NCBI GenBank assembly: GCA_902608115.1
Contig: CACLMT010000003.1
Location: 40,302 to 104,301, forward strand
DNA: 64,000 nucleotides
Source of the DNA: an uncultured SAR86 cluster bacterium
Lineage (GTDB): Bacteria; Pseudomonadota; Gammaproteobacteria; Magnimaribacterales; D2472
Reading direction: 5' to 3'
Below the pieces are notes generated by a model. The model did not search any database. It had not been told where the DNA came from and saw only the letters and a program-made list of their open reading frames with translations. The position numbers and the translations under genes were made by a program. This document shows, piece after piece, positions 17,879 to 27,950 of this stretch. Every line of letters begins with the position of its first letter. The stretch's first letter is position 1.

Positions 17879-19211
17879 TCTCACGAAGATATTTTTTTGT
17901 ATAAATCTTTCCTGATCTCACGCCAAATTGATCAAAAGGATTAATTTGTAGCATTACTGAAGTTATAAATGTTCTGTGCTCCCAAGTTGCAATTAAATAT
18001 CCTAAAGTAAAAGGATCTAATTTCTTTAGTAAAAACAGATTTACAGGAACATCTCCATTTATTTTTTCTGATTCTTGCAATAAATCATCAGCTCCAGAAG
18101 ACAATAATTTTGCCTGAGTAATAGCCTGAGCATAAGCTAGACTACTTGGATCCTCCTGAACGGCAAGAATATCTGCACAAATATTTTGTGTGCCCTGATG
18201 AAGTAATTGAAAATATGAATGTTGGGCTGTAGGTCCATAGCCTCCAAATATTATTTGACCAGTCGCTTTGAATTCAGAATTCTTGTTTGGTTGCTTTCCT
18301 AAAGACTCCATCTCAAGTTGCTGAACATAATCTGCAAATGATCTTAATCTCCAGCTATATGATAAAACTGCTCTAGTTTTCTTGCTTTTAACATTGTTGA
18401 GCCAGATATCTGAGAAAGACAATCTTTTTAAAAATCCTAAATAATCTTGGTCTTTGACGAGATCTTTGTCAGCTCTAGCCCCACCTTCAAGAAAGCTTTC
18501 AAAGGCAGAGTCGCCCATTTTTATATTGGCTGGATATGATGCACAAGACCATATTGAATATCTTCCACCTATTTCAGGTTCTAATTCAATAATTTTAAGA
18601 AAATTATATTGCTCTGCTGCTTTAGGGTTTGCAGTAATGGCAGCAAAATTCTTTGGATCTCCAGACCACTCTAATGCATATTTTAAACTTTCAAGAGTCT
18701 CATCGGTAGTAAATGATTTTGAGACAACAAAGAAAAATGTTTTTTCTTTTATTAAATCAAAGTTATTTAATTTAAACCTAATTTCTTCAGGATCTGATCC
18801 CGTAATAAATATTGGATCTCTAGGAGTTTCATTAGTAGAATCTACATCTCTTTTATTTAAATTAATATTAAAACATTCTGTTAATAATTTTGTGCCCTCG
18901 AACGAACCACCAATACCAAGAACAACAATCTCCCATCCCAAATCTGAATTAATCCTTGAATCTATAAGATCCATGCTCTTTGGATAATGCTTCTTTAAGT
19001 TTCTTACTTGACTATGAATGGCTGATTGATCCTCTGATAAATTGACTTTTTCACCATTCAAAAGATCGTCTATTTGTTTAGAAAGGTTAAGTTTTTTAGC
19101 CGTTAAATCAAATTCCTGAAATAACTTTTCTGAAAAATCATTCATATAAGCTTCATAACTCAATATGTCATTTTCAAAGGTTTTAAAATCTACAAAAAGT
19201 TTTTTATTCAT
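17868..19211 (-). CDS. pgi: Glucose-6-phosphate isomerase (compact form)
   Basis: GIGGS, SKSFTTDET, GGRYSIWS, QQLEMESLGK, QHSYFQLLHQG, INPFDQFGV. Confidence 0.92.
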   Translation of the reverse strand: MNKKLFVDFKTFENDILSYEAYMNDFSEKLFQEFDLTAKKLNLSKQIDDLLNGEKVNLSEDQSAIHSQVRNLKKHYPKSMDLIDSRINSDLGWEIVVLGIGGSFEGTKLLTECFNINLNKRDVDSTNETPRDPIFITGSDPEEIRFKLNNFDLIKEKTFFFVVSKSFTTDETLESLKYALEWSGDPKNFAAITANPKAAEQYNFLKIIELEPEIGGRYSIWSCASYPANIKMGDSAFESFLEGGARADKDLVKDQDYLGFLKRLSFSDIWLNNVKSKKTRAVLSYSWRLRSFADYVQQLEMESLGKQPNKNSEFKATGQIIFGGYGPTAQHSYFQLLHQGTQNICADILAVQEDPSSLAYAQAITQAKLLSSGADDLLQESEKINGDVPVNLFLLKKLDPFTLGYLIATWEHRTFITSVMLQINPFDQFGVRSGKIYTKKYLRENGA

Positions 19212-19882
19212 TTGATTTGTTCGCTCAAATCATTTAATGATTTAGAAATATTATTTGATTCTGTAATAGGTCTTCCAATGACTATGAAATCTGCGCCTAA
19301 TTCAATTGCTTGTTTTGGAGTCATAATCCTTCTTTGATCATCATCAGATGGCGTGAACCGAATGCCTGGTGTTATAGATAAAAGCGAACTTCTTGGAGTT
19401 ACTAAATGAAGCTCATGGGGAGAGCAAACAATCCCGTCAATACGAGCCTCTTCAGCTAAATCAAGCATTGCTTTTACTTGATCTTGAGCTTCTCTTCTAA
19501 AAATATAGTTTGTATCCTCATCAGACAGACTAGTTAAAACAGTAACGCCAAAGATTTTAATTTCTATATCTTTAACTACCTGCATCGCAGCTTGCATCAT
19601 CTTGATACCTCCAGAAGTATGAATGGTTAGCATTTTGATAGGCAAGGTTATTAAACCCTCTATAGATTTTTGAACTGTATTAGGAATGTCATGAAGTTTC
19701 AGGTCTAAAAATATTTCAAAGCCCTTACCATGAGCTAGATATATAAATTCTTTTCCCAAAGAATTAAATGTAATACTTCCTATTTTTATCATGCATAAGG
19801 ATGGATTTAACTGTTCTAAGATATGGGATGCTTGATCATACTCATATGAATCAATTGCAATAATAATTTTGGAATTAGCCAT
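19208..19882 (-). CDS. pyrF: Orotidine-5'-phosphate decarboxylase
   Basis: FLDLKLHDIPNTV, VTVLTS, TPGIR, VIGRPIT. Confidence 0.95.
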   Translation of the reverse strand: MANSKIIIAIDSYEYDQASHILEQLNPSLCMIKIGSITFNSLGKEFIYLAHGKGFEIFLDLKLHDIPNTVQKSIEGLITLPIKMLTIHTSGGIKMMQAAMQVVKDIEIKIFGVTVLTSLSDEDTNYIFRREAQDQVKAMLDLAEEARIDGIVCSPHELHLVTPRSSLLSITPGIRFTPSDDDQRRIMTPKQAIELGADFIVIGRPITESNNISKSLNDLSEQIK

Positions 19883-20165
19883 CTGAATTTAATAATTTTT
19901 TTGACGATTTGAAATGCATAGAAGCAGTTTCCCCCAAATATCCAATTTCCTTAGTCTTAGGATTCATAAATCTTCTTGGTCTAATATATTTTTTTGAAAA
20001 AACTCCAAAGCCTCGAATTTCTATATTTTTACCTAAAGCAACATTAATAGTGATATCAGAAATTAAATTCTCAATACATAAAAGCACAATAGATTCTGGC
20101 ATATCTAATTTTTTAGAAATTGAAAAAGCTAAATCAGATTTATTAAAATTAACTATTTTGTTCAT
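19875..20165 (-). CDS. ihfB: Integration host factor beta-like subunit (divergent)
   Basis: NKSDL, IEIRGFGxF, NPKT, HFK; upstream of pyrF as in the canonical rpsA-ihfB-pyrF locus. Confidence 0.75.
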   Translation of the reverse strand: MNKIVNFNKSDLAFSISKKLDMPESIVLLCIENLISDITINVALGKNIEIRGFGVFSKKYIRPRRFMNPKTKEIGYLGETASMHFKSSKKLLNSDG

Positions 20166-20175
20166 TAAAGATCAC

Positions 20176-20454
20176 TTAATTCAACATATTCTTTGTCTTT
20201 TTTGCTGGTGCAAATTTTACCTTTTCTATAGATGGTATTGGAAAACTTTCTTTTGTTTTCGGGTTACGACCAATCCTTGGCTTAGTATAAAACTTAATAA
20301 AAGTACCAAATCCTGAAATTTTTACTTTTGAATTTTTATTCAGGGCTTTAGCTAAAGAAATAAAAAATTCATCTACAAAAACTGAAGACTCTTCTTTAGA
20401 AAGATTTACTTCCTCTTTTAAAGAATAAGATAAATCTTTTTTAGTAATGTTCAT
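20176..20454 (-). CDS. ihfA: Integration host factor alpha-like subunit
   Basis: TKKDL...LSKEES..FV..FF, VKISGFGTF, RIGRNPKT; ATG at 20454 preferred. Confidence 0.75.
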   Translation of the reverse strand: MNITKKDLSYSLKEEVNLSKEESSVFVDEFFISLAKALNKNSKVKISGFGTFIKFYTKPRIGRNPKTKESFPIPSIEKVKFAPAKKTKNMLN

Positions 20455-20578
20455 AACATTTCCATTTAAATCATTTCTCAATAATACAGAAAAATCTAAA
20501 TGATGGTTAAATCAGGAGTTTATCTTATTGCAAGAAAGTTTACTAATAAAGATAAGTAACCCTTATAGGTAAGAACAA

Positions 20579-21886
20579 CTACGCGCTTAATTTTAATGAA
20601 ATTCGTTCTCGTTCAGCATCAATACCAAAGATAATGCATGATAGTTTGTCACCTTTTTTGAAATTTTGTATTGCTTCTGTTGGGTCTTCATCTTCAGTTA
20701 CATCAGATAAATGAATTAATCCATCTATATCACCTTCAAGACCAACAAAAATACCAAAGTCTGTGACTGATTTAATATTTCCTTCTACAGAATCACCTAA
20801 ACTATATTTATTAGAAAATTCTGTCCACGGATTTGGTTTTGTTTGTTTTAGCCCAAGAGAAATTCTTCTCTTGTCATGGTCTATTTCTAAAACCATAACT
20901 TTAATTTTTTCTTCTAAATCCACTACCTTTGAAGGATGAATGTTTTTATTTGTCCAATCCAATTCAGATAAATGGATAAGCCCTTCCACGCCCTGCTCTA
21001 ATTCAGCAAAACATCCATAATCGGTTATATTGGATACAATTGCTTCATAGATGCCGCCTACTGAGTATTTGCCTTCGATAGTTTCCCATGGGTCGTTCTG
21101 AATTTGTTTTAATCCCAATGAAACTCTTAGTTTCTCTTTATCAAAACTTAAAATCTTGACATCAATCTCTTCACCTAGACTTAAAACTTCTGAGGGATGG
21201 GTAACTCTTGACCATGAAATATCAGTAATGTGAAGCAATCCATCTAGCCCTCCAAGATCAACAAAAGCTCCATAATCAGTAAGATTTTTAACAACCCCTT
21301 TTACAATTTGACCTTCATCAAGGTTTTTGAGTAACTCAACTTTTTCAGCTGAATTTTTCTTTTCTAGCACCGCTTTTCTAGACAAAACAACATTATTTCT
21401 CTTGTAATCAAGCTTAATAACTTTGAAATCCTGAACAGTGTTTTCAATTTCTGGCGCTTCTTTCACTGGCCTTACATCTACCAATGAACCTGGTAAAAAA
21501 GCTTTCACAACATCAACTTCAATTGAATAACCACCCTTAACTCTTGTTAGAACTTTGCCCTCAACAAATTCACCTGTTTCTAATGCTTCTTCAAGTTTTT
21601 TCCAAGTCCCAATCTTTCTAGCTTTCTCTCTTGAGATTCTTGTTTCACCATAGCCATCTTCAACAGCTTCTAAAGCCACCTGGACTTCATCTCCGGCTTT
21701 AATTTCAACTTTACCATCATTATTTCGGAACTCATCTAGCGATATAACGCCCTCTGATTTAAGACCAACATGAACAGTTACCCATTCTTTATCTACATCA
21801 AGAACAACGCCTGTAACAATTGATCCAGGCTGCATTTCTAATGTACTTAGACTGTCATTTAATAGCGTGGCAAAATTTTCTGACAT
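20579..21886 (-). CDS. rpsA: 30S ribosomal protein S1 (five S1 domains)
   Basis: MSENFA, LKSEG, AFLPGSLVD, YGAFVDLGGLDGLLHITD, repeated ISLGLKQ..NPW. Confidence 0.96.
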   Translation of the reverse strand: MSENFATLLNDSLSTLEMQPGSIVTGVVLDVDKEWVTVHVGLKSEGVISLDEFRNNDGKVEIKAGDEVQVALEAVEDGYGETRISREKARKIGTWKKLEEALETGEFVEGKVLTRVKGGYSIEVDVVKAFLPGSLVDVRPVKEAPEIENTVQDFKVIKLDYKRNNVVLSRKAVLEKKNSAEKVELLKNLDEGQIVKGVVKNLTDYGAFVDLGGLDGLLHITDISWSRVTHPSEVLSLGEEIDVKILSFDKEKLRVSLGLKQIQNDPWETIEGKYSVGGIYEAIVSNITDYGCFAELEQGVEGLIHLSELDWTNKNIHPSKVVDLEEKIKVMVLEIDHDKRRISLGLKQTKPNPWTEFSNKYSLGDSVEGNIKSVTDFGIFVGLEGDIDGLIHLSDVTEDEDPTEAIQNFKKGDKLSCIIFGIDAERERISLKLSA

Positions 21887-21891
21887 ATTTT

Positions 21892-22566
21892 TTAACTTTC
21901 CGCTGTTTGTATTCTATATATCCCTAAAGCTTTTTTTAGTACTTCTTGAGGAGTCAGATTAGTTGAATCAAGTTCTATAGAATCTTCAGCAGCAATTAAA
22001 GGAGAAATCTCTCTTGCTTGATCTGCCTTATCTCTTAATCTAATGTCTTCAATTAGATCGCGCATATTAACGTCTTGATTGCTTTTCTGCAACTCTAAGA
22101 GCCTTCTCTTCGCTCTTATTTCAACATCGGCATTTAAAAATATTTTAGTTGCCGCATCTGGAAAAACCACAGTTCCCATATCTCTTCCATCTGCCACCAA
22201 ACCATTCTCATTGATAAGATTTCTTTGAAAAGTTATTAAATTATCTCTTGTTTCTTTTTCGCTGCTTATTTTTGAGGCTGATTTAGCAACTTTCTCATCT
22301 CTTAAAAAAGATGTAATTTCATTTTTATCTTCAAAGACCTTCATTTCGCCCAAGACATTTTCTATAAGTAATTCAGAAAAAAAATTTACTGCATCTGAAT
22401 GATTGCCTGTTTGGATAAAGCTATATGAATAAGCTCTATAGAGCAACCCGCTATCCAAAAGCAGAAAATTTAGTTCACGTGCAAGGCTCTTAGCTAGAGA
22501 CCCTTTCCCAGATGCAGATGGACCATCAATCGTTATAATTTTGTTATTTTTCAATTTGATATCCAA
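21892..22566 (-). CDS. cmk: Cytidylate kinase
   Basis: ITIDGPSASGKG, LDSGLLYR, DGRDMGTVVFPDA. Confidence 0.95.
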   Translation of the reverse strand: MDIKLKNNKIITIDGPSASGKGSLAKSLARELNFLLLDSGLLYRAYSYSFIQTGNHSDAVNFFSELLIENVLGEMKVFEDKNEITSFLRDEKVAKSASKISSEKETRDNLITFQRNLINENGLVADGRDMGTVVFPDAATKIFLNADVEIRAKRRLLELQKSNQDVNMRDLIEDIRLRDKADQAREISPLIAAEDSIELDSTNLTPQEVLKKALGIYRIQTAES

Positions 22567-23860
22567 GAGATGATGTTAATTCAATAAAATTTGGAAACGA
22601 TGTAAAAATATTCATACATTTTGTGACTGTTATAGGTTTATTGCATTTTAGTCCTGCAATTAAAAAACTCATAGCAATTCTATGGTCGTCATATGAATCT
22701 ATTGAAATTGGATTTGATAAAATTAATGATGCAGGGTTTCCATAAATTTTAATTCCGTCATCAAAATTTTTATACTTAACTCCAAGCTTGTTAAAACCAG
22801 CAGAAATAGCCTTCAAACGATCTGATTCTTTAACTCTCAACTCGGATGCATCTCTAATTATGGTCTCTCCTTCTGCAAAAGCAGCAGCAATAGAAATTAT
22901 AGGAATTTCATCAATAATATTAGGGATAATACTGCCTCTGAGCTCCACACCTTTGAGGTGAGACTCATGAACAACTATATCTGCAAGAGGTTCTCCAGAT
23001 TCAACCCTAAGATTAGTTATATGAATGTTTGCTCCCATTTGGTCTAGAACTTTCAATATCCCAGTTCTAGTAGAATTCATTCCAACATCTAAAATTTTAA
23101 GTTTTTTCGACTTAGATATTAGAGCACCCACAATTAAAAAAGAAGCTGATGAGATATCTCCCACAACTTGATAGTCTTTGGCATGCAAAGACGATCCTTC
23201 TTTAAGGTGAATAACATTTTTACCTTCAATAGAATTGATCTCAAGCTTAGCTCCAAAGTTTTTTAGCATTCTCTCAGTGTGATCTCTAGTCTGGATTGGT
23301 TCTATTACAGTTACAGAATTTCCTGACGCTAATCCTGCCAATAAAATGCATGATTTAACTTGCGCGCTTGCAATGGGCAATTCATAAATAAAGCTTCTTT
23401 TTAATTTTGATGGGAAAATTTTAATGGGTAACATCTCATTTAAAGACTCCATACTTACCCCCATTTTTATCAAAGGTTTAATTACTCGACCCATCGGTCT
23501 ACTAGATAAAGATGTATCACCTTGAAAAGATAACTCAAGACCTAGACCAGAAGTCATTCCAAGCATTAACCTTAAACCTGTTCCAGAATTTCCTAGATCT
23601 AAAGGTTTCTTTGAATTTATGAATGGTTTCTTTCTTTTTTTGATTCTAATAATTCCTTTCTTATCAATCTCTATATCTGCTCCAATCTGATTAAGAGATG
23701 ACAAAGTGCACAAAGGATCATCAGCATGAAGAAAACCTCTAATTTTCATTTGATCATTAATCAAAGAAGCAATCATAAGAACTCTTTGAGAAATTGATTT
23801 ATCTCCAGGGCAGTTTGCAACTCCGTGCAATGAACAATTTGGGGTTGATGTTATATTCAA
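22544..23860 (-). CDS. aroA: EPSP synthase
   Basis: PGDKSISQR, GNSGTG, ASAQVKS, RDHTE, ELRVKESDR, DDHRIAM. Confidence 0.95.
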   Translation of the reverse strand: MNITSTPNCSLHGVANCPGDKSISQRVLMIASLINDQMKIRGFLHADDPLCTLSSLNQIGADIEIDKKGIIRIKKRKKPFINSKKPLDLGNSGTGLRLMLGMTSGLGLELSFQGDTSLSSRPMGRVIKPLIKMGVSMESLNEMLPIKIFPSKLKRSFIYELPIASAQVKSCILLAGLASGNSVTVIEPIQTRDHTERMLKNFGAKLEINSIEGKNVIHLKEGSSLHAKDYQVVGDISSASFLIVGALISKSKKLKILDVGMNSTRTGILKVLDQMGANIHITNLRVESGEPLADIVVHESHLKGVELRGSIIPNIIDEIPIISIAAAFAEGETIIRDASELRVKESDRLKAISAGFNKLGVKYKNFDDGIKIYGNPASLILSNPISIDSYDDHRIAMSFLIAGLKCNKPITVTKCMNIFTSFPNFIELTSSLGYQIEK

Positions 23861-24699
23861 TAGTTTTCTTCTTTAAAATTTTTTAAATCCAATAATAAAG
23901 CCTCAATCTCTTGATTATCTTTATTAATCTTAAATTTAAGAATATCTAGATTTTCTTCTAAAGCATCAATAGCTGAAATAATATTTTCTTTATTCAAAGT
24001 AAAAATATCTGCCCACATTTCAGAAGACGAAGATGCAAGCCTTAAAAATTCACCTAGGCCTCCTCCAGAAAATTTTGATATATCTGTTTGATCAAGATTC
24101 TTTAATGTCATAAGTAAGGCATATGAAACAACATGAGGTAAATGGCTTGAATGTGCAAAAACATAATCATGAACATTGCTTTCAAGGTTAAATATTCGAG
24201 CATTCATGCTCTTCCATAGATTTCGGACCTTTTCTATATGCTTACTTAAAACTGACTGACTATAAGAAAGGATTACCTCTTTATTCTTAAACAAGCCTTT
24301 CAACGAATTTTCTTGGCCAGATAGATGAGATCCAGCAATCGGATGAGACAAAACTATATTGTTTGGATATTTAAATTCTAAAAGAATTTCCTCTAAAGCA
24401 GATTTAGTACTGGAAGTATCGGTAATAGTAATATTTGAATTAAATAAAAAGCTTAATGCTCCTAGGATCTCAAGAGAAGCTCTTGGAGGGGTTGCAATGA
24501 TAACTAAAGAATCATTATATTTTTCTATAGTCAGCTCATCTAAGTTGTCTATAAATCCATTAATAGTTTTATTGGCTAAAGCATTTTCTATACTGTGATG
24601 ATTCTTATCAAATGCAAGTATATTGATATCTTTGATCTCACTGAGCTCCTTTGCAATTGAACCGCCTATTAAACCAAGACCTATTATTACGATATTCAT
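23857..24699 (-). CDS. tyrA: Prephenate/arogenate dehydrogenase
   Basis: GLGLIGGS, HPIAGS, HD...SHLPH, MWADI; located between hisC and aroA. Confidence 0.88.
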   Translation of the reverse strand: MNIVIIGLGLIGGSIAKELSEIKDINILAFDKNHHSIENALANKTINGFIDNLDELTIEKYNDSLVIIATPPRASLEILGALSFLFNSNITITDTSSTKSALEEILLEFKYPNNIVLSHPIAGSHLSGQENSLKGLFKNKEVILSYSQSVLSKHIEKVRNLWKSMNARIFNLESNVHDYVFAHSSHLPHVVSYALLMTLKNLDQTDISKFSGGGLGEFLRLASSSSEMWADIFTLNKENIISAIDALEENLDILKFKINKDNQEIEALLLDLKNFKEENY

Positions 24700-25793
24700 A
24701 ATAATTCTTCCAATGCTTTGAGAAATCTTGAATTATCTTTTTTATTCCCAATAGTAACCCTAAGAAAATCTGGCATATCATATACATCAATTGGCCTAAC
24801 AATGATCCCTCTTTCCAGTAACTTTTTAAACATCTCTTGACCTACAAAGGGTCCTTTAAAGGATATAAAATTAGCGACCGAAGGAATACACTCCATACCC
24901 AGATTTGTCAATTTATCAAAAAGCTTATTGCCTTCTAGTGAATTAAGTTTGACACTTTGTTCTATGTGTTGTGCATCACATATGGCAACGCGAGCTAATT
25001 CCTGAGCTAATGAATTAACATTAAATGGTTGTCTTATTCTATTGAGAACTTCTATTAATGCTGAGTTAGCTATTCCATAACCAATACGAATACTAGCTAA
25101 GCCTTGAATCTTAGAAAATGTCTTTGTGACAACCAAATTTTGAAATTCTTTTAGAAGAGCTAAGGGATCAACATAATCATTCTTGGTAACATATTCAAAA
25201 TAAGCACAATCTAAAACAACTAATACTGAAGAAGGTATATCTCTAAGCAATTTATAAACTTCATCATGAGAATTATATGTTCCTGTAGGGTTGTTAGGAT
25301 TAGCAATGAAGATAACTGTTGTATTTTCTTCAAGATAGGTTGGAAATTTCTTAAGTTGATGCCCCCATTTCTCTGTTGGAACCTCTATTAATTTCGCGCC
25401 TGTTGCTTGTGAGACAATTTTATAAATAGCAAATGCATGACAGGAAACCATTGAAGAAGTTTGAGGATTTAAAAATGCCCTAGCTACCAATTCAAGGATT
25501 TCATTTGAGCCATTTCCAAGAATAATATTTTCATCTAATAGACCCTCATGATCAGCTATCACTTCTTTAAGCTTGGAACCATTCCCGTCAGGATAAAGAT
25601 GTAATTCATGCTTATTATTCTCAAGAATCTCTAAAGCTTTTGGAGAAGCGCCTAATGGATTTTCATTGCTAGCAAGTTTAACTACTTCTGAGTGTCCATA
25701 TTTTAACATTACCTCATCAATGGTCTTGCCCGGCTCATATGGATGTAAACCCTTAATCCCAGGATTAAGATTTTGAAGAATGTCTGAAATCAT
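24696..25793 (-). CDS. hisC: Histidinol-phosphate/aromatic aminotransferase
   Basis: KLASNENP, GNGSNE, ANPNNPTG, KTFSK..GLA..RIGY. Confidence 0.92.
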   Translation of the reverse strand: MISDILQNLNPGIKGLHPYEPGKTIDEVMLKYGHSEVVKLASNENPLGASPKALEILENNKHELHLYPDGNGSKLKEVIADHEGLLDENIILGNGSNEILELVARAFLNPQTSSMVSCHAFAIYKIVSQATGAKLIEVPTEKWGHQLKKFPTYLEENTTVIFIANPNNPTGTYNSHDEVYKLLRDIPSSVLVVLDCAYFEYVTKNDYVDPLALLKEFQNLVVTKTFSKIQGLASIRIGYGIANSALIEVLNRIRQPFNVNSLAQELARVAICDAQHIEQSVKLNSLEGNKLFDKLTNLGMECIPSVANFISFKGPFVGQEMFKKLLERGIIVRPIDVYDMPDFLRVTIGNKKDNSRFLKALEELL

Positions 25794-26872
25794 TGTTCTG
25801 TTGGATATGAGCCTAAAATTCTTATAAAAGCTCCTGACTTTTTAAGATCATTGATAACATGTTTAAGCTTAGTATCATTCTGATGACCATCACTATCTAT
25901 AAAAAAATTATGTGTTTTGATTGATTCCCTTGAAGGTCTTGTCTCAATTCTACTTAAATTAATTTTTCTTTTTTGAAATGGTTTAAGTAAATCTACTAAG
26001 GCACCTGGTTTATTTTCAGTCTGAATTAAAAATGAAGTTTTATCCTTCGAGCTCTTTTCCACAACTAGATTCCCTATAACTAAAAACCTTGTTTGATTAT
26101 TAGTGAAATCCTCTATGTCTTTATGATGTTGATAAAGTTTGTATCGCTTGATAGCTAGCGAGCTAACTATACATAAACTATTCTTATTTTTTTTAGCAAA
26201 TTTAGCTGCTTCAGAAGTACTAGATGTTAGTTTTCGTTTCACATGAGGTAAATTTGTATCAAGCCATGTGCTACATTGCCCGAGAGCTTGAGGATGAGAA
26301 GCAACAACTTTAGCATCTGATAAATTGATTTTTTTTACAGAAGCTAATTGATGGTGAATAGGCAAATAGGTTTCTCCACATATATTTAATTCTTCATCTG
26401 CCAAACCATTCAACGTTGCATTTACAACCCCTTCAGAGGAGTTTTCAACTGGTACAAGACCAAAATTTGCTGCTCCAGTTCTTACCTGATGGAAAACATC
26501 CTCTATTGTTGGTCTTGGATCTTTTAAAACAGAAGAACCAAAATGCTTAATTAAAGCCGCTTCCGAATAGGTGCCTTCTGGCCCTAAATATGCAACAGTA
26601 AGCTGTTCTTCTAAAAATAAACAAGCTGATATAATTTCTTTAAATATGTGCTTAACTTTATCATCAGGAATTACACCATCACTAAGTTTGACCACATTAC
26701 GTAAAATCTCTACTTCACGATCAGGTTTATATAATGATGAGTTTGAGGTAACTAAACTCTTTAATTCTCCAACTTTTTGAGCAAGAGACCCTCTTTTTTG
26801 AATTAGTTCTATAAGCTGATGATCAATGGCATCAATTTTATCTCTAATAATTTTTATCTTATTCTTTTTCAC
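25790..26872 (-). CDS. pheA: Chorismate mutase/prephenate dehydratase (P-protein)
   Basis: IRDKIDAID CM domain, AYLGPEGTYS, PVENSSEG, SHPQALGQC, TRF, ACT domain; GTG at 26872 preferred. Confidence 0.95.
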   Translation of the reverse strand: MKKNKIKIIRDKIDAIDHQLIELIQKRGSLAQKVGELKSLVTSNSSLYKPDREVEILRNVVKLSDGVIPDDKVKHIFKEIISACLFLEEQLTVAYLGPEGTYSEAALIKHFGSSVLKDPRPTIEDVFHQVRTGAANFGLVPVENSSEGVVNATLNGLADEELNICGETYLPIHHQLASVKKINLSDAKVVASHPQALGQCSTWLDTNLPHVKRKLTSSTSEAAKFAKKNKNSLCIVSSLAIKRYKLYQHHKDIEDFTNNQTRFLVIGNLVVEKSSKDKTSFLIQTENKPGALVDLLKPFQKRKINLSRIETRPSRESIKTHNFFIDSDGHQNDTKLKHVINDLKKSGAFIRILGSYPTEQ

Positions 26873-26876
26873 TTGT

Positions 26877-27950
26877 CTATCTATGCTTGGATTCAAACTC
26901 CTCCATAAAGCTTATTAATGCATCTACAGCATCTTGTGGGATCGCATTATAGATGCTTGCTCGCATTCCTCCAACTGATCGATGGCCTTTTAAGTTTAAT
27001 AAGCCTGCATTATAAGACGCTTGTAGGAATTCAACATCTAAATCTGAATTATTTAAAATAAATGGGATATTCATTTTAGACCTATTATCTTTTGAGACTG
27101 GATTAAAGTACAAATCAGACTGATCTATATATTCGTATAAGGTCTTTGCTTTTGTATTATTAATTTTAGCAATTGCCTCTAAACCACCTAATGATTTTAA
27201 CCAAGCAAAAACTTTCCCTGACATATACCATGCAAAAGTTGGGGGTGTATTAAGCATAGAGTCTGCATTTGCATGCTCTGAGTATTGAAGCATGGCAGGC
27301 AGATCAGTATGGGCAGTATCTAATAATTCTTGTTTAATAATACAAACGGTTAGTCCTGCTGGACCAATATTTTTTTGAGCGCCAGCATAAATCATTGAGA
27401 ATTTTGATACATCAATAGGCTCACTAAGAACTACAGATGACATATCTGCTATAAGAGGTGATTTACTCTTCGGTGGCTGATGTAATGCTATTCCTTGAAT
27501 TGTTTCATTAGCAACATAATGAAAATATGCAGCATCTTCGGATTCATCAAAATTTTCTTGGCTAGGCGCCTCGGTAAAATTACATGCTTCAGAACTTGCT
27601 GCAATATTTACTGCTGTGATTTTAGAAGCCTCATTTATAGCTTTTTTAGACCAAGTACCTGTTAAAAGATAATCTGCAATTTTTTGATCAGCAAAGTTCA
27701 TGGGAATCATTGAAAACTGAAGAGTTGCTCCTCCTTGAAGAAAAAGCACTTGATAATTATTTGGGATATTTAATAGATCAATTAAATCTTGACGAGCTTT
27801 ATTTGCTAAAGATTTATATTCTGAGGAACGATGGCTCATCTCCATAATTGACATACCTGAATCTTTCCATTCTAAGAGCTCTGCTTGAGCCTCAGAGAGT
27901 ACTTCTTCAGGAATAGCAGCCGGTCCAGCAGAAAAATTCCACTTTCTCAT
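26877..27950 (-). CDS. serC: Phosphoserine aminotransferase
   Basis: NFSAGPA, EMSHRS, YAGAQKNIGPAG, GHRSVGGMRASIYNA. Confidence 0.96.
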   Translation of the reverse strand: MRKWNFSAGPAAIPEEVLSEAQAELLEWKDSGMSIMEMSHRSSEYKSLANKARQDLIDLLNIPNNYQVLFLQGGATLQFSMIPMNFADQKIADYLLTGTWSKKAINEASKITAVNIAASSEACNFTEAPSQENFDESEDAAYFHYVANETIQGIALHQPPKSKSPLIADMSSVVLSEPIDVSKFSMIYAGAQKNIGPAGLTVCIIKQELLDTAHTDLPAMLQYSEHANADSMLNTPPTFAWYMSGKVFAWLKSLGGLEAIAKINNTKAKTLYEYIDQSDLYFNPVSKDNRSKMNIPFILNNSDLDVEFLQASYNAGLLNLKGHRSVGGMRASIYNAIPQDAVDALISFMEEFESKHR

